Shown here in pieces: positions 38,518 through 51,647 of a stretch of 64,000 nt of DNA; position 1 is the stretch's first letter; every line of letters starts with the position of its first letter. Source of the stretch: Octopus sinensis (lineage: Eukaryota); NCBI RefSeq assembly GCF_006345805.1, contig NC_043019.1, positions 9,671,360-9,735,359 on the forward strand, given 5' to 3'. The notes beneath the pieces were generated by a model. That model ran no database searches. It was not told the DNA's origin and was given only the letters and a program-made list of their open reading frames with translations. Position numbers and translations under genes: made by a program.

Positions 38518-40455
38518 GGCAGACAGACAGAGATAGAGGTAGAGAGATAAGAAATGTGTGTATGTGTGCACACAAATTAGGAGATAAGTAACTGTGTTAG
38601 GGGTTGTTGCTCTGCTGAGGTATGTGTGTGTGTAAAGATAGTGTTATATACATAGGTGAGGGGATTAGGTTATATACATTTGTGTACGTTCATGTTGTAT
38701 GAAGGAAAAACAGTTGTGTCTGGTTAAGCTGTCATCCCTCTTAGCACTACAAGCACACACATGCTCATACAGACACACACACACAAATATACACATACGC
38801 ACACATCCTCTCTTATACCTTGTTTACTTCATCAACACCCATCCTTCTCAACAGATCTCTTTTCAATATCAATACAACCTCTTCATAATGGAATCAGTTG
38901 ACAGTTCTTTATTACATGTGTAAACATGCTATTTGATATCGATGGTACCAGTAAACCATGGACATGTACACTTTCTTCATCAGAACATTGGGTCAAATGT
39001 TCCACTTCATGTATTGTCTTGTCTCTCTAGCTTTCAATCTCGTGCACTTTCACTCACCAATGGAGACCTCTTTCCTCTCTTCTCCATGCTTTGTTGCATC
39101 CTCTCAAACCTCATATCAAACACTTTCCTGACTATTTCCTTCTTAGAACAGTATCTCCCTATTAATCTAGCTCTACTCTAACCTTCTCTACACTTATCAA
39201 CCTATAGGAGTTTCAGATGAACATTTCTGTATCTAAATGCCTCATATGTCTAAATTTCTAAAGCATTCACTCTCCATCAGAAAGAATAGTGCAAGGAATT
39301 TTAATTATCTGAATTCACTTGTAATGTTTGAGCTTCAATAGTAATGGTGATAATGATGAGGACGACGACAACAACGATGATGATGATGAGGGTGGTGATG
39401 ATGATTTAGGCACAAGGCCAGAAATTTTGGGGACTTTCTTGAGTAACCGAGGTCTCATTTTTCCCAAGGTTAATTCTTATCTCTGCCTTGCAGTCGTCTG
39501 CAGTGAACCCATTCAAGGCATGCTGAAGATCACCTTATGATGAGTCAAGCAGTGCCATGTCATCCGCAAATATCGACCAACTGATCCTACACTCACGATT
39601 GTCGAAGCATTACCATGACTGAGATATTTAAACTCAAAATGTTAAGGGAACAGAACAGAATCTCATCAAGTATTTTGTCCAACCTTCTAACAGTTCTGCC
39701 AAAACTTGATGACAATAATAACAATCTCCAAAGTACATGAATAGTAAAAAGAAACTAAAGAAAAAGATAGAAAAACTACTCCATGGCCACAAAATTTAAC
39801 AGATATGAAATAAAAGAGAGTGGAAGCCGACAATAAGTCAAAACTTTAAACCATAAGCAGAATTAGAATGTTTTATTCCAGCTACACAGGAACAATCTAG
39901 CCAGAAATAACTACAAAGTCAAAATAAGGTAAAAAAAAAAAGTGGGGGTTTAATGTCAAATACAGACGATACACTCAGTACTATGAGACAGTTGACTGCA
40001 TCATTCTAAAAGCCCAATCTTTGTTAAATCCAAGTATATTTACAGTCACAAGGAAGTTAGCAGTGTAGTCTGCTAGGCAAAAGGCCAATACTTTGATGAG
40101 AAAGTATTTCAGGAGTAGTGTAATAAATATATTCCAAATTGACCAGGAGATAAAACTATCTAGCACTCTTACATTCAAATAAAACTGGTGTAGCATGCAG
40201 ATACAATTCTGCTTCTCCAAAAGACAATGCTACACACTCACCTCTCCCCACCCATACACAGATGTGCCTAGTATTGCAGTAGAAACTGTCAAAGCTATAA
40301 CAGCAGTAATGATTTTCTTATATATCGCTCCATACATTTGTAGGAAAGATATATATTCAATGAACCCCCAGAACCTGACTGGTTCTTATTGACTTGAAAG
40401 AATGAAAGACAAAACTTTACCAGAATTTGAACACAGAACATAAAGAGACATAAGA

Positions 40456-40515
<60 letters not shown>

Positions 40516-41521
40516 TTCTTTTATTAGTCACAGTAGTATAGATGAGGGGGGCATCACATGGACAGGAAACAATATACAAAGTATGTGATAACATGAATGA
40601 TAGAGTCCTCCTGATAAAGGAGAAACTCCAACTAGGGCCAATCAAGGAAACTGCAGATCCAGAATTATCCTAACCAGTAAAGATACAAGCTCTCCCACCT
40701 GCTCTCCAATTTATAGGTACATACTTAAAGCAGTCAGTTCACTCTAACCATTTCTGATGCAGTCACCAATCATTTTGCAAACTCACTGGGAGATAGTACT
40801 CTCCTCCCCACCCTGACTTTTCTTTCCAAGTGGAACTTCAAAGAATCAATGAGAACTTGGTTGAAGAGGAGGGTATTTTTCCTCAATCCTTTCAGCCCAT
40901 TCACCATGCAACTTCTTGCACCATAGCCACTAAAGAGAGGAACACCAAGGGGATAAGTGGGTTACACTGGCCCCAGTGTTCACTAGCATTTATTTTATCA
41001 AGCCCCAAAGGATGAAAGACAAAGTCAACCTCAGTGGAAATTTGAACTCAGAACATAAGACAAGGAAAATACTGTTAAGCACTTTACCCAACATGCTAAC
41101 AATTCTCCAGTTTGCTAGCTTAATACTAAGTCATTGTTTCTTATCAGGACAGAAATTTTTTAAAGAGGGAACAACCAAATATATTGATCCTAATTTTATC
41201 AAGTCCCTGTGGGATTTCAATTTGGGACATAACTAAATACTGCAAAGCATTTGTCTGCTGCTGCAGCAACAGTACTACAAGACACCATCCTTATAGTAAT
41301 GATGATGATGATGATAATAATAATAATAATATTAATAAAAATAACATTTTCTTTTTTGACTGCCAAAGGTGAAAAGAGGATTAAGAGATTAATACTGACA
41401 GTATCCTGTCAAGATGTAACTAGCTGCCAACAAGATTGGCTGGTCTTTATTGTTGTGATAGTTGTGGTTGCTGTTGCTGTAATGGTTGTTTGAAATTGAG
41501 TTGTGTTGTGTGTGTGTGTGT

Positions 41522-41553
<32 letters not shown>

Positions 41554-41917
41554 TATGTGTGAGGGTTGAAAAGTGGATCAAAAGGTCTTAAATGTGAATC
41601 ATAGAAAAATCATTAAGGATTAAGTCACTACCACCCCTATTGCAGAATATTCCCCATCTCTCACTCTCACACATACATACACACGTCTTATCACACACAC
41701 ACACACACCCTCTCACCTCCACTACTCTCCCAATTTCCTTGATATTGTCTATGAAATTTTGAATTTATGAATACATCAACACTTTTGCACATAAATGCAC
41801 ACACACACATGTATGTGTGTGTATGTGTATACATATGCATAAACATACCAACAAACATGTGTGTATCTATGTGTAACTGCATTAAGGTATTTATAAATTC
41901 AATATATATATATATAA

Positions 41918-41961
<44 letters not shown>

Positions 41962-42474
41962 ATATATATAAATATTATATATATATATAAATATTATATT
42001 ATATATATATTATATATATATATGTATATATATATATTGAATTTATAGGACTACACAGCTACAGCAGGAAATGTATCAGGACATGAAATATAAAAGCCAG
42101 ACTAGACTACTTCATTCGCAACTCCATTGTCTCCCGAGACAGAAAGGATGCCAATACCAATATATATATAATATATATATATAGAGAGAGAGAGAGAGAT
42201 GTATACACACACACACACACACACACCACACACACACACATATTTATACTCTCATATATTTACAAATATAGATAGAGAAAACATGAGACCATTATATAAC
42301 TGGAAGTATTTCTAGATATTTTGAAAGAAACAGACAAAACTAGCACCATTTCCACCCTCGATGTAGAAAGTCATTTCACTAAAATTTCAGTTATAAAAAA
42401 CAATTGAAATTATATTACATAATGTGTGTGTGTATATATGTATGTATGTATCTATCTATCTATCTATCTATCTC

Positions 42475-42510
<36 letters not shown>

Positions 42511-42787
42511 TGTATGTATGTATGTATGTATGTATGTATGTATGCATGTGTGTTTGGTGACATTTGTGCATTATGAAATTTGCTCATTATGAGCTGTGTT
42601 ATTGGCACTTTTCTTGTCAACAAATCATCTGCTCACTTCAGAGACACATGAAATAAGAGTCCCCTTACTTGGAAAACAGATAAGAGTTAGTGGCAGGAAA
42701 GGCATCCAGCTACAAGACAATACCTCAATAACATACTCATCTAACCCATGCTAGCAGGGAAACACAGATATAAAATGGACTAATGAA

Positions 42788-42823
<36 letters not shown>

Positions 42824-42882
42824 AGGTATGTATGAATATGTATGTATGTATACATGTGTGTATGTATGTATGTACACATATA

Positions 42883-43060
42883 TGATGAGGTGCTGAAAAG
42901 TTCCGAACTTTGGGTAAAAGAAACTACATGAGGATCAGTCAATTATGATTTTATTCAATATATTCCCCTCTCAGATTTACACGCTTATTGCAGTGGTCCT
43001 TCAGTTTTTCTAAGCCCTGTAAAAGAAGTTGGAGGGCTGGGCCTCCAACCAGGCCTTTCA
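42883..43060 (-). mobile_element. Mariner transposase C-terminus and terminal region
   Basis: Ends GLEKLKDHCNKRVNLRGEYIE* (cf. GIxKLxxRWxKCxxxxGxYxE), followed by a TIR-like end at about 42883-42910. Confidence 0.7.
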
Positions 43061-43649
43061 TGATACCTTTAAAACCAGGGGAGTGCAGGCTAGTAATTGG
43101 CAGGAGAGAGAGAGCTGACAAAGGGACAGTGTGTTGCAGGAGGAGGGGTGTGGTAGAGACCAGCGCTGTGCATGAAGAAACTTTGCTTGATTCTTCGGAC
43201 TGAGATGTGTGAATTAAGGTCGAATACCCAGGACTTCCAGACATTTCTTTAGTCTTTCTATTCCCTCCTCTTTTCTTTTCTTTCCTCCATGTTAATACTT
43301 CCCTTCCAAAGCATAACTTGTCTTCCCCTTTCCTATTTATCTTTATTCCACTCGCCTATTTCCTTCTCTCTTCTTCCCTCACCCATGCACGTACCATTCC
43401 TTCAGTGTTCTGCTTTGTTATAACCAGAAATGGTTCTGATGAAAGTAGCATTAATTTCTTAGGTCGTTCAATTTTTCTCAATTGCTCAATGGACCAATTG
43501 AGTAAACCTATCAGTAACATACCCATACTGACTACTGGAAACAGCTGTAAACCAAATTTATTCTAATAAATAAAAAATATGTAATGGACATTATTTATAC
43601 CTTACCTTGTATGTGTGTGTGTGTGTGTGTGTGTGTGAGTGTGTGTGTG

Positions 43650-43687
<38 letters not shown>

Positions 43688-45269
43688 TGTACATAAATAG
43701 AAGATTGTATGCTGAAAGTGCTGTTGCAACTCTACGAACTTCTCTCAGTGACCTCAGTGATTATTTAGTTCAAATTGTAAAAGATTGTTAGAATGTATTT
43801 TCAGATGAGGAGCCAACTATGCAGCATGGAAACTGCCTTGCTGGCTCACATACTTCCTATTTTACTAGTTTAGAGATAGTAAAAGATATTGTTAATAATT
43901 ACACAGTTAAACTGACAATGTAGATATTCCATATCTCGCTCCCTATTTTAAAGCTTGTTGGATGTCTGTTTAGGGCAATGTAGCTGCTAGACACATCAAG
44001 TAAGGATGAGTAACTATACAGTTGCAAATATCATAGGGTTATCATCATAAGTGGTTCATTGATAGTCACTAATAATTCACCAGCAGTAAAATAAAGATTC
44101 ATAGTATCAAAAGTAGAATGGTTTTCTCTACTGGTTTGTGTTCCGAGTTGCTGTCATCCAGTCATGGCTATCAATGATTATCTCATATCCAGAGTAGTTC
44201 ATATTGCTTCTGCTTTAGATAAAGTAGAAAGTTTATGGCTGTGGCATTCTGCAGGTCATGCAACCACAGGAAAGTTACATTGTTGTGGGAAATGTTTGCT
44301 GTTTTATTAAGCAGATTGACTGAGTACACAGTTCTTTAACTATTAATGCAGTTTCTATGTCTAAGACAATAATGAGCTTACCAAAAGATACTTGATTGGA
44401 TGCTATATTGAGCAGGTTGTTGATTAGCAATGAACAAAAGCACCATGTGTTGCCTATTTACACTCATATATCCAGAGAGTCATTGAAGATTACGATACCA
44501 CTGACAAGAATTGATCCTCTAACTTGTCAATTGATATTTTTGTTCAGTGGATTCTACCAACACCATCTATCTGCTATACCTTCAAGCCAAACCATTCATA
44601 ACGCCAATAATGCAATAACAACACAATGTGACATTGCTTTAAGGTGTGTGAGTGTAATTAATATTGTTAAAGTATTAAACGAGAAAGATATATATCTTAT
44701 TTAAGCTGATTAACTGTACAGGTGATATAAAATGACATGGTGTAATGTTGGGTGATGTGGGGTTTGGCCGTCTCAGATTAACACCAACTGATGCTCCGTT
44801 ACTGTCTTAATCAGTTTACCTCCTTCCACCGCTATATGATATGTGTGAGTGCATGTGTGTGTGTGTGTGTGTGTGTGGCATGCACGTGCACGCACACACA
44901 CGCACACATATTATGTACAGACACGGTTGTATGCTTAAGAAGTTTGCATTGCAAGCAGGGTTTCAATTTCAGTGCTATTGTATGACATCTTGGGCTGTAT
45001 AGTGTTTTGTATTATAACCCTGGGCTATATTCTATATCCCAAAACAGAAAACAGAGGACAAACAGCATAATGACCTATTTGTTTCAATTTCAAATACAGT
45101 GATTGTATCTACATACATATGTTTGTACATACACACATACATATATACCCATAAGTGTATATGTCCATACATGCAAGCATGTAAAGGCATGCTTACAAAC
45201 ATTCACATTTATCATGAGCTCTAGTGAAGAAATATATAGATGATTATAAAGATATAAACTTAGATAAAG

Positions 45270-45500
45270 AGGTTAGCTACTTTAGTACAGTTTTTGAATG
45301 AGATAGATTAAAATTTTTAAATAACTTGTGAAAGGCCTTCCTGATACATTCAATGGATGGCCAAGATATACTAGTGGTTGTGAGAAGACCATCATTCCTG
45401 TATAAACCTCCAGTTAGGCTAGGAAAGTGCTGGTTTATTTGAGGGAGAAGAAAATGACCAACAAGGTCTGTAATCTGAGCAGAGCTTGAGGAATCCCTGG
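45270..45500 (-). pseudogene. Penelope-like RT relic
   Basis: AQITDLVGHFLLPQINQHFPSLTGGLYRNDGLL ... IRKAFHKLFKNFNL matches the PLE RT ..DLVG..GLYRDDGL motif. Confidence 0.8.
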
Positions 45501-46204
45501 TGATACTGAAGAGGTCTACATAGAAAATATGGGACCAATACTTGGTATTAAAAGATCATTTTTCTTGCTGCTTAAGCAATGTCAATGTCCAACCAAGAGA
45601 GGAGAAAATTTTCTTGCAAGATCAGGGCCTTATTTAATGTGTATGTTGTGCATGTGTGTGCATATGTGTGTGTGTGTGTGTGTATATATATGTTTATAGT
45701 GAGAGATAGGTAATTAGATAGATAAATAGACAGACAGACAGGCAGATATAAATGATGGCTGTCTACTCATATGAGTATGACCATTGTTGACAGATAAGTG
45801 TCAGTTATGCCCATGAAAGAGTTTTTAAGTCAAGTGCAGTTTGCACAACACCACTAGCAATACCAAGAAATCCAGAGACTAGCAAAGTGCAAGATATCAA
45901 CTCAGTAGGTTTTATATACAAGTTAGCCTTCTCCTAGAGAGATGTCTTAACAAAAACCAAGGGTCCTCCACTCCTAGTGGGTTTACTGCATCCTCAGGCA
46001 ACAACCCAAATATTTCTATATCCCATTGCTAATATGTGTAGGACCATGACAAATGCTATTGCTCTTAGGTCAAAAATTGACCTGAAACAAGAATGGCTAA
46101 GATGTGGTTCCACACTGCTCAGAACCCTGAATCTCCTGAACCAAAACCCCACTGTCAAATGCAGTTTAAAGCCAAACCCAGAACTTTATATGCATATATC
46201 AAAG

Positions 46205-46443
46205 CAATGGTTTTCAACCACTTTTTACTCACAGACCCTTTTGATTCATATTTTACTGAAGTGGCCCCCCATAGCTGTTCAATGTTTTAAAAAAAGTCCC
46301 ATTATATTTTTTTAATTAAATATTATAAGGAATTGTATTTAAAAAATGACTAAGATATTTTTTTTTTATTTGTTGAAGCAGATCCAGTTTATTTCACACC
46401 AATTTTAACAAAATCTTGTATGAACCCCAGTTGGGAACCACTG
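46205..46443. mobile_element. hAT (Charlie-like) MITE
   Basis: TIRs CAATGGTTTTCAAC / GTTGGGAACCACTG (11/14). The 8-bp flanks tatcaaag / taaagaag match at 5/8. Confidence 0.6.
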
Positions 46444-46499
46444 TAAAGAAGTATACAGTATTATAAATCCATTATGGGCAATCTTATAAATCGGTTTCT

Positions 46500-46990
46500 G
46501 AGTGGTTATTAACAGTGGATGTTAGGTAACAGCACAGTTGAATAATACTGCACATTCTTCAGAGCTGGTGGGTATGAAAAAATATTGTGTCTGCTCTCCT
46601 GTTCGTGGGTGCTGTTTAAAGCAATGGAATGAAGCTATAAGAATGATATCAAGAGTTATGTGCCTTGGCCCCAGAGTGTTTCTGAGATGGTGTAACATTG
46701 TAAGGTAGCAAAAGTTGTCTGGAAACATGTGCAGGGATTACAGGTTGGCAATGGTGTAGAAGTATTTTATGGAGGTAGACAGCACACATTTCCTGAAAAT
46801 TCATGAAACCTTATACCATCTGAGAGACACTTTGAGGCCAAGGGACATAATTAAGAGGCTGCCTATAACTGCCAGTTGATCAGGAGGTAAGCAATCCAGA
46901 AGGAGCAATAGTACAGGGGTTAGTGCTATTCGGACACAAGCTGGAGCTTAATCAATTCTAGATGGGTCGTCAGGGTGGGGATATCTGATT
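46500..46990 (-). pseudogene. Possible L2-group LINE C-terminal relic
   Basis: Weak motif similarity only (LPPDQLAVI; TQYFFIPTSSEE). Confidence 0.35.
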
Positions 46991-47379
46991 GTTGAAAGAC
47001 TTGTTTCCAAGTTCAGTCCTACTGTGTGGCCCCTTGGGCAAATAAATGTCTTTTATGATTGCCTCCAGCTACCAAAGCTTTGTCAGTGGATTTGGTAAAT
47101 GAAAACTGAAGTAATTTTGTCGTGTGTGTGTGTGTATGTCTTTGCCTTTGTCCCACCACCACCACTTACAGGTTTGGCAAAAGCAGCTGATAGAATAAGT
47201 ACCAGGCTTTAAAAAAATAAGTACAAGGGTTAATACATTTGGCTAAAACCCTTCAAGGCAGTAACCCCAGCATATCTGCAGTTAATGACTGAAGCAAGTA
47301 AAGGATAAAGGATTAAAGGCCTGTGTGTGTGTGTATGTGTGTATGTGTGTGTATGTGTGTGTGTGTGTGTGTGTGTGCA

Positions 47380-47413
<34 letters not shown>

Positions 47414-47474
47414 CATACATACACACATACATACACACATACATACATACACATACATACATACATACATACAT

Positions 47475-47528
<54 letters not shown>

Positions 47529-47780
47529 CAGGACTTAACTGCAGCTCTTGGTGGTCCAAATCAGATAAGTAATCTATGTATATGTGTCTTTTCAAAACAT
47601 TGTCTGATTTAAAAAAGCCACATCAGATGCGCTGATGGTTCTAAGGTGTAGGTACAGGAGGTGAGCAAACTCTGCATAAGGAGTAGACAACCACCATATA
47701 TATATAAAGATGCATATATGTAAATAGACAGATATAGATATGTGTGTGTTTGTATGTGTGTGTGTGTATATATGTGTATG

Positions 47781-47842
<62 letters not shown>

Positions 47843-48540
47843 CAAACAAACATATACACACCCACATACATATATACACAGTCGTATTCTTATTCGTCTT
47901 ATTTTTGTTATTTACTCCCTGTCTGTATCTATAAATTTGCAGCAGAATCTGTCCTGTGTCATTCCTGCCCATCAGTTCAAACTTACAGTCACAAACAACA
48001 GGCTGTATCAAATTTGAGCAAAACAGAGTTCATTTAATGTGATATTTCTTATTACATCACCTAAAAAGATGCTTCCACACCAAGGGACGCACCGCAAGTA
48101 GTCATATAGTAGTCGTAGTATTCCCGCTGCAAGGGATCAATGCAGGATATATCGAAACAATTGTTGTGAGCAATAAAGTTTCCCATGTATTCCATTTTCT
48201 GCCTCTATCATTTGTTTTATACTCAATGTACACTGAGGAATTCCTGAGGTAGATCCAGTGACAACTATGTAATTACCATGGCTGACATCAGGTATCCATA
48301 GGCAGAAACTGGGCTTTATCAGCCTACTGCTAGGAACAGACCCAACACTTAAAATATATGCATGCATATATATATTTTCTCATGTAATCACATGTATATA
48401 TTGCACCACTCACATTAAAGGACCTTTTATTCTATTTGAAAGTGTTTAATTGCTTAATTAATTGTAAATTTTATATGTATTTTGATATGTATATAATTCA
48501 AATATGCTGCATATCTTATGTATGTCTTGTCTATTTTCAG

Positions 48541-48618
48541 GTCCGTACACTCTTTGTCAGTGGTTTGCCCATGGATGCAAAGCCCAGAGAACTGTATCTA
48601 CTTTTTAGGGCATACAAG
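48541..48618 (+). CDS. cpo: Internal coding exon of a couch potato / RBPMS-family RRM protein (RRM beta1-alpha1, RNP2 motif)
   Basis: Acceptor ...ctattttcag|GTC at 48540/48541 and donor AAG|gtaatt at 48618/48619. The 78 nt (26 codons, phase 0-0) read [26 protein letters not shown], the diagnostic RRM start of Drosophila Cpo / vertebrate RBPMS / C. elegans MEC-8 proteins. Confidence 0.97.
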
Positions 48619-50552
48619 GTAATTTGAAACTGTCTTGTCTAGCTTTATTGGTGTACTGATTGATTTTTATTCTCTCAAAGAAAAGCAGTATCACCACATG
48701 TAAAATAAAAGTAATTTCATATAATTTCATTTAGCATTTGATGTCAGACAAAATGCATTGCATTCGGTGGTTATGTCCCTTATCTAATGTTCTGTCTTCC
48801 AAATATACAGGGGTTATTTTTAGACTTTAACCCTTCTCATGTTGATAGAATAAATACCAGTCAAGTACTAGTCAGTGGCTTGCCTATATTAAAATCGATT
48901 TAACATTTTAATGTTCGTGTTTGTGTTACAGTTTGGTGTTGGTAATTTCTTTTATTTCTTGTGCCTTTTTTTTTTGTTTCATTCTGATAGTTTTGTTGTT
49001 TTGTTTTGCTTTTTCATGATTCAAGATATTGAAAGCAAAAACTGACTTTTTCTGAATTAATTCTTGGAATACTTCTATAATTGAACCTTACTTTACTGTA
49101 TTGTTTTGGTGTACTCAATACCAAACTATTTTACTTAGCTATCGCAAGGTCTTCTTCAGCTGAACTAACTATATAACCACAAAGTCTATAAATCAGACTC
49201 CAGTAGAATGTTTTTCCTCTTATAATTATCAGACTTGTCATTTCTGGTTTCATTTTCACATTATTTTTTGATATGACATCAGAATTGAAGAATGAATTTT
49301 TTGTTTGAAAGTAGAATTTTGTTTTGTCCATCCACCCATCCCACCCACTTATATACACCTACTCACAAATCAGTTCACATATAGACCAACAAAGAAGCCT
49401 AAGCAGTTGCTTAGCTTGCTAGAAACAGGAGTAAAATATAGTTTAAAATAACACTCTGCCATATTAAAAAAAAGAAAACTTTGGAGAATGTAGTCTTAAA
49501 TATATATACAAAACAACAGTATAAGAAGCAACACTTTTGCCTCATATGATTGTTCAGTCATACCTGATTAAAGGTAAATCTGCCTCTACATGTCACTCAA
49601 GCTGCTAAAATTTGCAGCCAAACCTCCCTTAAATTGCATTCTACTATCTTGGGAAAGAAAGGACACACTGCATAATATGATTCAGTATACTTCTGAAAAG
49701 ATGAGCTGACTGACATAATGTCATTGATGCTAAAATCTGCTCAATCAGAGTTGACCTATTGCTAAGTAACAACATGAACAATTCTAATTTAAGACTTCTT
49801 GATCTTTATGTAAGGTCAACAAAGGACACTTTGTATTTAGAATATCTTGCCATCTGTAGGAGTGACCTGAACCTTATTGTGCTCCCTGTTTTACTTGGAA
49901 AGGAACCAGAGTGGATTAGTGTTTTAAATGTTTGATCAACTCTACATCAATCCCAATGCGAATATGGAGAGAAATTGTTGCTAATGAGCAACTCCATCTA
50001 GCTTCAATAGTGTCTTTCAGATTCAGAAACCATTTCCTTGAGGATTTTATTGTAGAGATGCATCTGCCTCCTTGGTTATTTGAAATTCCTGAGACTGTCA
50101 GTTCTGTGGACTACAGTTCTCTGTTGTTCTTGAGTCTACTAGGATGTTATTTTCTAATTGAACTGATTGTAAATAAATTGAAATGGTAAGTCATTTTCAT
50201 TATGAGAGTCCAGTCCATTTGGTTAAGAATCAAAATCGTATGAAGTTACATTTCACTGTTGTTCCTTTGTCTTGATGGATTCGAATACAAAACATAGGGT
50301 GGCATATTTCACCGTTGCATTCAAACTACTTAGCTACAGATAGATATCACAGGATGGTACACTTTATCCTATAGTCATCCAAACAAAATGCTGAAACTGT
50401 TGAGGGTTCCATTAATTTGTAATGCCAAGTTGAACTTTTCTCTACCATTACAATGTAAAGAAAGGATATAATGGTAAACACAACCAGTAATACAACTAGT
50501 ATCCTATATATGAACAACTGTTCACCATCATGAAAACCAAGATAATCCCCAC

Positions 50553-50725
50553 CAGTGCCAACTTAAGGCATGCACACCATGGGCTGTCACTTGGGGGCCT
50601 CACTTACCTAGGAGCCCAATTCTAATCTATGTGTGTTATGACTTGATGTCAATAAATAAATAAATATTAAAGGGTTCAAGGCATTGGTTTTCCCAGGGGC
50701 CTGTATTGATGTTAAGACAGCCCTG
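50553..50725. mobile_element. Degenerate MITE (CAGGGCCGTCTTAA-type TIR)
   Basis: cagtgccaacttaag / gttaagacagccctg. No recognisable TSD. Confidence 0.4.
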
Positions 50726-50778
50726 ATTTATCTACCTCACAATACTTGGTTATTGTGTTGGATAGAATGTGGAAGGGA

Positions 50779-50822
<44 letters not shown>
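50779..50822 (+). repeat. Pure (GCT)14 trinucleotide repeat
   Basis: 14 uninterrupted units, 2.2 kb downstream of the RRM exon. Confidence 0.97.
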
Positions 50823-51610
50823 AATCCTCATCCTTATCAAGTCTCTTATCAGCTCATGAATAAATATATAAAAATAAATATAATTTGTTTTTGTTTTGCT
50901 TTGTTCAGCTTTTTGGAATAATCCTTCTTTATCTAGGGATTAAGTCAGATTGGCAATTGCAGCATTAATCCTTGGATGTTAAGCCAACCACTAATCACTT
51001 AACAAGTACAGTTAACCTTGTATATGCAGAGGTGTGGGTGTGTGTAGGTGTGTGTGTGCGTGTGTAGGTGAGTGTGTGTATCTGCATGTTCATATCTGTG
51101 TATGTCTTTGTGTTTACATATGTTTCTGTGTATGTGTACATGATGCTTCTACCTATGTGCATGTCTGTGTGAGTGAGCATGTTTATGTATACGTGATGCT
51201 TGTGTATCTAAGTGCATGTTTGTGTGTGTCAACATGTGTAGCTATGTGCATGAAGAGAGAGTAAATATGAGGAGGTTTATGGGGTAAATGTGTTTAATTA
51301 TGTGTTGAGGATGTATGAATATGCGAGTGTATAGTATATGTGTATAATTTTATAAATAGGATGTATGTTAGGGTGTTATTAAACATATGTTAGCTTTGTG
51401 TTAAAACATTAAATATTTGTGTTAATTAATTTGTGGCTAGCTAATCTGATCTCCATCACAACATCTACACCCTACCCTAACCCAATATCCTCTCAGTCAG
51501 GAATCACTGAATTTATCTCCATTTTTATTTTGTTTGTCTCCTTTTCTCTCTGTTAATCTAGCTTTTTGTCATTTCATGTTCTTCCTCTCCTCTTTCCCTG
51601 TTCCCCTTCT

Positions 51611-51647
<37 letters not shown>

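Noticed and set aside
39328-39540. ORF with an acidic D/N-rich start
   Set aside because: Derived from a (GAT/GAC)n SINE tail followed by a minus-strand SINE.
46876-46892. Strong donor GAG|GTAAGC that could end an upstream '...QE' exon
   Set aside because: In-frame TAA six codons upstream, no usable acceptor or ATG, and it lies inside a probable LINE relic.
47420-47525. (CA)n/(CATA)n tract 1 kb upstream of the exon as an RBPMS autoregulatory CAC-binding site
   Set aside because: RBPMS does bind tandem CAC motifs, but such tracts occur every 1-2 kb throughout the window, so there is no specificity.
47652-47666. Possible 9-nt microexon tag|GTACAGGAG|gtgagc (VQE), phase 0-0
   Set aside because: The donor is good but there is no polypyrimidine tract or branch context upstream of the AG; unsupported without junction reads.
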